Source of the DNA: Cupriavidus necator
Lineage (GTDB): Bacteria > Pseudomonadota > Gammaproteobacteria > Burkholderiales > Burkholderiaceae
DNA: 32,000 nt
Reading direction: 5' to 3'
NCBI RefSeq assembly: GCF_016127575.1
Contig: NZ_CP066018.1
Coordinates: forward strand, 1,500,001-1,532,000
Every line of letters begins with the position of its first letter. Within the stretch, counting starts at the first letter, position 1. Positions 28,247-32,000 of the stretch are shown piece after piece. The notes below the pieces were generated by a model. It was not told where the DNA came from, made no database searches, and saw only the letters and a list, made by a program, of their open reading frames with translations. The position numbers were made by a program, and so were the translations under genes.

Positions 28247-29599
28247 ATGACCATGTCGATGCTTCGACGCAGCACTTTGGTTTTGACAGGGGTGAGCCTT
28301 GCCGCGGCGCTGGCCGGCTGCGGTGGCGGCGGCGGCGATGAAGAGGCGCCGCGCGCCGGCACGCAGGCACCGCAATGCGCTGACACGGGCACGTGCCCCG
28401 CGCAGGGGCCGGTCACCATCGGCGGCCCGCCGGGGTCGTTGTGCCCGGCGGCACTGGACTACAGCACCACCTTCACCGGCGGCTCCGGCGCGGGCGAACT
28501 GGTGAAGCTGCGCTTCGACACCGCGGCCCGCACCTACCAGCTGGAGATCATCGAGTCGCCGGTGCCCAAGCAACCCGGCAGCGTCAGCCCGACGCGCGCG
28601 GGCGTGACTTTCACCGGCACCTTCGCCAACCTGACCTCGCTGCCGACCGCCGAGCAGAACCGCTGCGCAGTCGCGCTGCAGACGGCCACCGCATCCGACG
28701 GCACCTCGCAGGCCAATATCGACAGCGCCAGGCCGCCGGTGATCTTCCTGGGCAATGGCGTTGCCGGCGGCGGCATCCCCGGTGCCACCATCTCCTATCC
28801 GGGCGTGCTCGGGCTGGGTGCGATCCCGGCCACCACGTTCCCGTTCTACCCGGTGCTGGCATTCGCACAGACCGAGACCGACTTCACCAGGGTGGCCGGC
28901 AGCTACAACCTGCTGGGCTACCACCAGGTGCCGTCCGGCGGCTCGCTGACTTCGTCGAGCCACTTCACGCCCGCGACCGCGCAGACCACCGAGACGCTGA
29001 ACGCCGACGGCAGCTGCACGGCCGCGGCCGGCAGCTGCCTCAGCACCGGCAACAGCTGGAAGCTGCGCAGCGCCGATGGCGCCTTCGAAAGCAGCAATGC
29101 CGATGGCAGCCGCCGTTACCCGTCGTTCCAGAGTGCGGCCATCACCAGCAACAACGCCAGCCGCGCCAAGGGGCTGATGGTGGTGGGCAAGCTCAACGGC
29201 GCACTGGTGCCGCTGCTGGTGCGCACCGGCTACGCGCAGATCTCGCTGCTGCCACTGACGGTCAATGTCGACGACGAATCGGGCCTGGCACTGATGGCGC
29301 CGGCGAAGGCACTGGCCAGCGGCCAGCTTGACGGCGGCTATATCGGCTCGGGCAGCGACTTTGTCTACACCGCCTCGCTGGTCAAGGGCACGCGCGTGGA
29401 GCTGCTGGACCCGATGACGATGAACCAGACCGGTGCCTTCCAGCTCGACTTCACGCAGAACGCGCCGGGAATGATCGCCACCACCGACAACAGCGGCACC
29501 ACCGGTGCGCTGATTGCCAGCGGGCGCGTGTTCAGCCACCTGTCCGGCACCGGCAGCGCCAGCCCGACCTTCCGCGTCGGCGTGCTGGCAGCACCCTGA
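28247..29599 (+). CDS. Lipoprotein of unknown function, paralog A (possibly DUF2957-like, from memory), 450 aa
   Basis: An AGGAGA Shine-Dalgarno precedes the start. The signal peptide has the lipobox LAGC (Cys25) followed by a GGGGGDEE linker. GC3 bias is strong. The protein aligns along its full length with the next gene. Confidence 0.85.
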   Translation: MTMSMLRRSTLVLTGVSLAAALAGCGGGGGDEEAPRAGTQAPQCADTGTCPAQGPVTIGGPPGSLCPAALDYSTTFTGGSGAGELVKLRFDTAARTYQLEIIESPVPKQPGSVSPTRAGVTFTGTFANLTSLPTAEQNRCAVALQTATASDGTSQANIDSARPPVIFLGNGVAGGGIPGATISYPGVLGLGAIPATTFPFYPVLAFAQTETDFTRVAGSYNLLGYHQVPSGGSLTSSSHFTPATAQTTETLNADGSCTAAAGSCLSTGNSWKLRSADGAFESSNADGSRRYPSFQSAAITSNNASRAKGLMVVGKLNGALVPLLVRTGYAQISLLPLTVNVDDESGLALMAPAKALASGQLDGGYIGSGSDFVYTASLVKGTRVELLDPMTMNQTGAFQLDFTQNAPGMIATTDNSGTTGALIASGRVFSHLSGTGSASPTFRVGVLAAP

Positions 29600-29636
29600 G
29601 TCCACCAAGAACACACAAAACCGAGGAGACCACGCC

Positions 29637-30917
29637 ATGCAACCCCTTCGACTGATCCTGCCGCGGGCCTCGCGCCCATCCACGGTGCCGGCGCGTGCGC
29701 TGGCCGTGGCCGCCACCGCCATGCTCGCCGCCTGCGGTGGCGGCGGCGGCGACGACGCGCCGTCCACGCCGGCCGCGGTGCAGACGCGGCTGTGCCCGGC
29801 AGCGCTCGACTACTCCACCACCTTTACCGGCGGCACCGGCTCCGGCGAGCTGGTGAAGGTGCAGATCGACACCACCAAAAAGACCTGGCAGGTGACCTTC
29901 GTGGACTCGTCGGTGCCGCGCCAGACCGGCACCGTGCAGCCCACGCGCAGCGATCCCACCAACGGGCAGAACGTGATGCGCGGCACGCTGAAGGCGGAGA
30001 CGGGGTTGCCGACCGAGAAGCTCAACCAGTGCGCGTTCGAGCTGAGCGGCGCCAGCCTCGATCCGAACCGTCCGGCCAAGCTCTTCGTCGGCGAAGGCGT
30101 GGTGGGCGGCACCATCCCGGGCGCGCGCATCCAGTTCAACGGCGTGCTGGGCGCCGGCGCGGTGCCGGACACCACCTTCCCGTATTTCCAGTTCATCGGC
30201 TTCGCGCAGACCGAGACCGACCTGTCGAAGATTGCCGGCCAGTACAACGGCACGGGCTTCCACGAGGTGCCGTCCAAGCAGTTCCAGCTGGTGGCGCAGG
30301 ACTACCGCATGGCGCTGGCTGCCGATGGTTCCTTCACCGTCTGCGACAACGCCACCAACACGTGCGAGCGCAAGGGCAACAACTTCGTGCCGCAGGCGAG
30401 CGGCGCGCTGCTGTCGACCAACTACAAGGCCGAGAGCCAGCCGCCCACGCTGGGCGGCACGCTGGGCAAGGCCTACCTGATCGTGGGCAAGCTGCGCGGC
30501 CAGCTGGTGCCGGTCATGATCCGCGTGGGCTATGCCAATGACTCGCTCGCCAACGGCCCGCTTGGTGCCGACGACGAGATCGGCATCGGCATGATGGCGC
30601 CGGCGGTAGCGCTTACTGAAGGCACGGTCAACGGCGAATACGTCGGCGTGGACAGCAACTTCAACTACCGCGTGACGGCACTGGTCGGCGCCGCGGCCAC
30701 CATGATGGATCCGTTCCGGCCGCATGATGCCTCGCTCGCCATCCCGTACCGGCTGGATTTCTCGCAGCAGGTGCCGGGCGTGGTCCGCACGTCGCGGCGC
30801 GATGCGCCTGCAGGCTCGGCGCCGACCGGCAAGCTGATGTTCACCGGCGGCGTGTTCGGCTTCCTGGAACAGCGCGACAGCGGCCCGTACTTCACCGTCG
30901 GCGCATTCGTGCAGTAA
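29637..30917 (+). CDS. Lipoprotein of unknown function, paralog B, 426 aa
   Basis: The ATG at 29637 is preceded by GAGGAGA, so I trimmed track ORF 29514-30917. The lipobox is LAAC (Cys33), followed by GGGGGDD. Blocks shared with paralog A include LCPAALDYSTTFTGG, GELVK, FAQTETD and VGKLxGxLVP. Confidence 0.85.
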   Translation: MQPLRLILPRASRPSTVPARALAVAATAMLAACGGGGGDDAPSTPAAVQTRLCPAALDYSTTFTGGTGSGELVKVQIDTTKKTWQVTFVDSSVPRQTGTVQPTRSDPTNGQNVMRGTLKAETGLPTEKLNQCAFELSGASLDPNRPAKLFVGEGVVGGTIPGARIQFNGVLGAGAVPDTTFPYFQFIGFAQTETDLSKIAGQYNGTGFHEVPSKQFQLVAQDYRMALAADGSFTVCDNATNTCERKGNNFVPQASGALLSTNYKAESQPPTLGGTLGKAYLIVGKLRGQLVPVMIRVGYANDSLANGPLGADDEIGIGMMAPAVALTEGTVNGEYVGVDSNFNYRVTALVGAAATMMDPFRPHDASLAIPYRLDFSQQVPGVVRTSRRDAPAGSAPTGKLMFTGGVFGFLEQRDSGPYFTVGAFVQ

Positions 30918-30929
30918 GCACGCTGCCAG

Positions 30930-30958
30930 GCCCGGGCCATTGCAGCCCGGGCCACTGC
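30930..30958 (+). repeat. Tandem 14-nt direct repeat GCCCGGGCCA(T/C)TGC, two copies, upstream of the OmpW-family gene
   Basis: The copies are at 30930-30943 and 30945-30958 and differ at one position. Each contains the palindrome GGCCCGGGCC or most of it. Confidence 0.4.
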
Positions 30959-31003
30959 GCCACGATCCGACCATACAGAGACATCCACTGCCGGGGACAC
31001 AAG

Positions 31004-31843
31004 ATGAAAACCATACGCCTCACGCTCACACTGATGCTGGCCGCGCTGGCCAGCTTCGCCCTGCCTGCCCACGCCCAGAAGAAGGGCGACAACGTGGTAT
31101 CCGCGGGCTGGTTCCATATCCAGACCCACGGCCAGAGCGCTCCGCTGACTACCACCTTGCTCGACGTGCCGATCAACTACCCGCTCGGGCTGCCGTCCAG
31201 CTTCACCGCACCGGGCAGCAGCATCTCGTCATCCAACGCCAATACGCTGGGGCTGACCTTCAGCCACTTCGTCTCCGACCATATCGCGATCACCGCGGTG
31301 GGCGGCATCCCGCCGGAGTTCAAGCTCTACGGCCACGGCGAACTGATCCCGCCCGGCCCGGCCGGAGCGCTCGGGCGCCAGAGCCTGGGCGATCCGTCGC
31401 TGAACCCCATCGTCACCAAGGCACGCCAGTGGAGCCCGGCGGCGATGGTGCAGTACCACTTCCTGGATCCGGGCACGCGCTTCCGCCCGTTCCTGGGGTT
31501 GGGGGTGTCGTACAACTTTTTTACCAACATCGAGGTCAATCCGGCGTTTGCGAGCTCGGTCAACAACAACCTCGGCGCGATCCTGGCGGCGGGGGCGGGC
31601 ATCCCAGGTCCGACTTCGGTGAGTGCGGATGCGTCGTCGTCATGGGCGCCCGTGTTCAATATCGGCGGCACCTACAACTTCGACGAGCATTGGGGGCTGA
31701 CGGCGGCGGTGACTTATATCCCGCTGAAGACGACGTCGACGATGACGATCAAGGCGGCCGACGGGACCGTGCTGTCGACCTCGAAGACCAAGCTGGAGCC
31801 GAATCCGCTGGTGTTCTTCCTGGCGGCTTCGTACAAGTTCTGA
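31004..31843 (+). CDS. OmpW/AlkL-family outer-membrane beta-barrel protein, 279 aa
   Basis: The signal peptide ends in AHA-Q. OmpW-like blocks are present (FRPFLGLGVSYNFF and HWGLTAAVTYIPLKTT). The C-terminal beta-signal is LVFFLAASYKF. The protein is longer than E. coli OmpW because of loop insertions. Confidence 0.88.
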   Translation: MKTIRLTLTLMLAALASFALPAHAQKKGDNVVSAGWFHIQTHGQSAPLTTTLLDVPINYPLGLPSSFTAPGSSISSSNANTLGLTFSHFVSDHIAITAVGGIPPEFKLYGHGELIPPGPAGALGRQSLGDPSLNPIVTKARQWSPAAMVQYHFLDPGTRFRPFLGLGVSYNFFTNIEVNPAFASSVNNNLGAILAAGAGIPGPTSVSADASSSWAPVFNIGGTYNFDEHWGLTAAVTYIPLKTTSTMTIKAADGTVLSTSKTKLEPNPLVFFLAASYKF

Positions 31844-31852
31844 CGCTGAAAG

Positions 31853-31886
31853 AAAAAAACGACGCGCCTGAGCGCGTCGTTTTTTA
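31853..31886. terminator. Bidirectional intrinsic terminator after the OmpW-family gene
   Basis: The sequence is AAAAAAACGACGCGC-CTGA-GCGCGTCGTTTTTTAT. It forms a 9-bp GC-rich stem (31859-31867 / 31872-31880) extended by A/T pairing. Confidence 0.85.
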
Positions 31887-31911
31887 TTGCTGCAACGGCA
31901 AGCGGCAACCT

Positions 31912-32000
31912 TTACTGCGTCACCGTCCCCGGTTGCGCAGGCGTCGCCTGCTGCGCCACCGGACTGTTCTCCTGCAAGCCACCGCCCAGCGACCGGTACA
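31912..32000 (-). CDS. C-terminal 28 codons of a convergent gene, possibly an efflux outer-membrane factor lipoprotein (NodT/OprM-type); 5' part outside the window
   Basis: Manual reverse translation gives ...YRSLGGGLQENSPVAQQATPAQPGTVTQ*. The Y(K/R)xLGGGW-like motif near the C-terminus is typical of OMF proteins. The fragment is very short, so this is weakly supported. Confidence 0.4.
   Translation of the reverse strand, partial: YRSLGGGLQENSPVAQQATPAQPGTVTQ

Noticed and set aside
28322-28336. A GGTGGCGGCGGCGGC tract, also at 29736-29750, considered as a possible slipped-strand phase-variation repeat
   Set aside because: There are only four GGC units, they are in frame, and they encode the Gly5 lipoprotein tether in both paralogs. 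The tract is too short for typical contingency-locus behaviour.
27983-30974. 594-aa and 480-aa ORFs antisense to the two lipoprotein genes (27983-29767 and 29532-30974)
   Set aside because: They show the same high-GC mirror-frame artefact with Arg/Gly/Ala-rich low-complexity translations. The plus-strand genes have Shine-Dalgarno sequences, lipoboxes, paralogy and GC3 bias.

Overview
This is a high-GC chromosomal replication-origin region from a betaproteobacterium. Protein sequences and gene order suggest Cupriavidus/Ralstonia, but that is inference from memory and I could not search anything.

Four blocks are visible:

1. 1-7779: a lower-GC type I restriction-modification island on the minus strand. 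It reads hsdM-hsdS-hsdR followed by a truncated DUF45-like metallohydrolase gene, and it sits directly next to gyrB.

2. 7780-17375: the core origin genes. dnaA-dnaN-gyrB are on the minus strand and diverge from rpmH-rnpA-yidD-yidC on the plus strand. The dnaA/rpmH intergenic region carries a perfect inverted pair of DnaA boxes plus degenerate boxes.

3. 17425-25649: an accessory oxidative catabolic block.
   - A minus-strand operon encodes a Baeyer-Villiger monooxygenase (BVMO), a short-chain dehydrogenase (SDR), an alpha/beta hydrolase, a 'metal-dependent hydrolase'-type protein and a rubredoxin.
   - An AraC-family regulator lies upstream of that operon.
   - A TAT-lipoprotein plus GMC flavoprotein pair diverges from the AraC gene.

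4. 25918-31886: a TetR regulator followed by four exported or envelope proteins of unknown function. These are a DUF1571-like secreted protein, two tandem paralogous lipoproteins and an OmpW-family porin. A partial convergent gene for an outer-membrane efflux factor follows.

Two items look most worth following up:
- The 'hydrolase' coupled to the rubredoxin has an E...ExxH...E...ExxH pattern typical of ferritin-like di-iron oxygenases.
- The TetR/DUF1571/twin-lipoprotein/OmpW cluster may be an uncharacterised envelope module, possibly for uptake of hydrophobic substrates.

I saw no tRNA, rRNA, CRISPR array, transposase or integrase. Family names come from motif recognition and memory, not from database searches.
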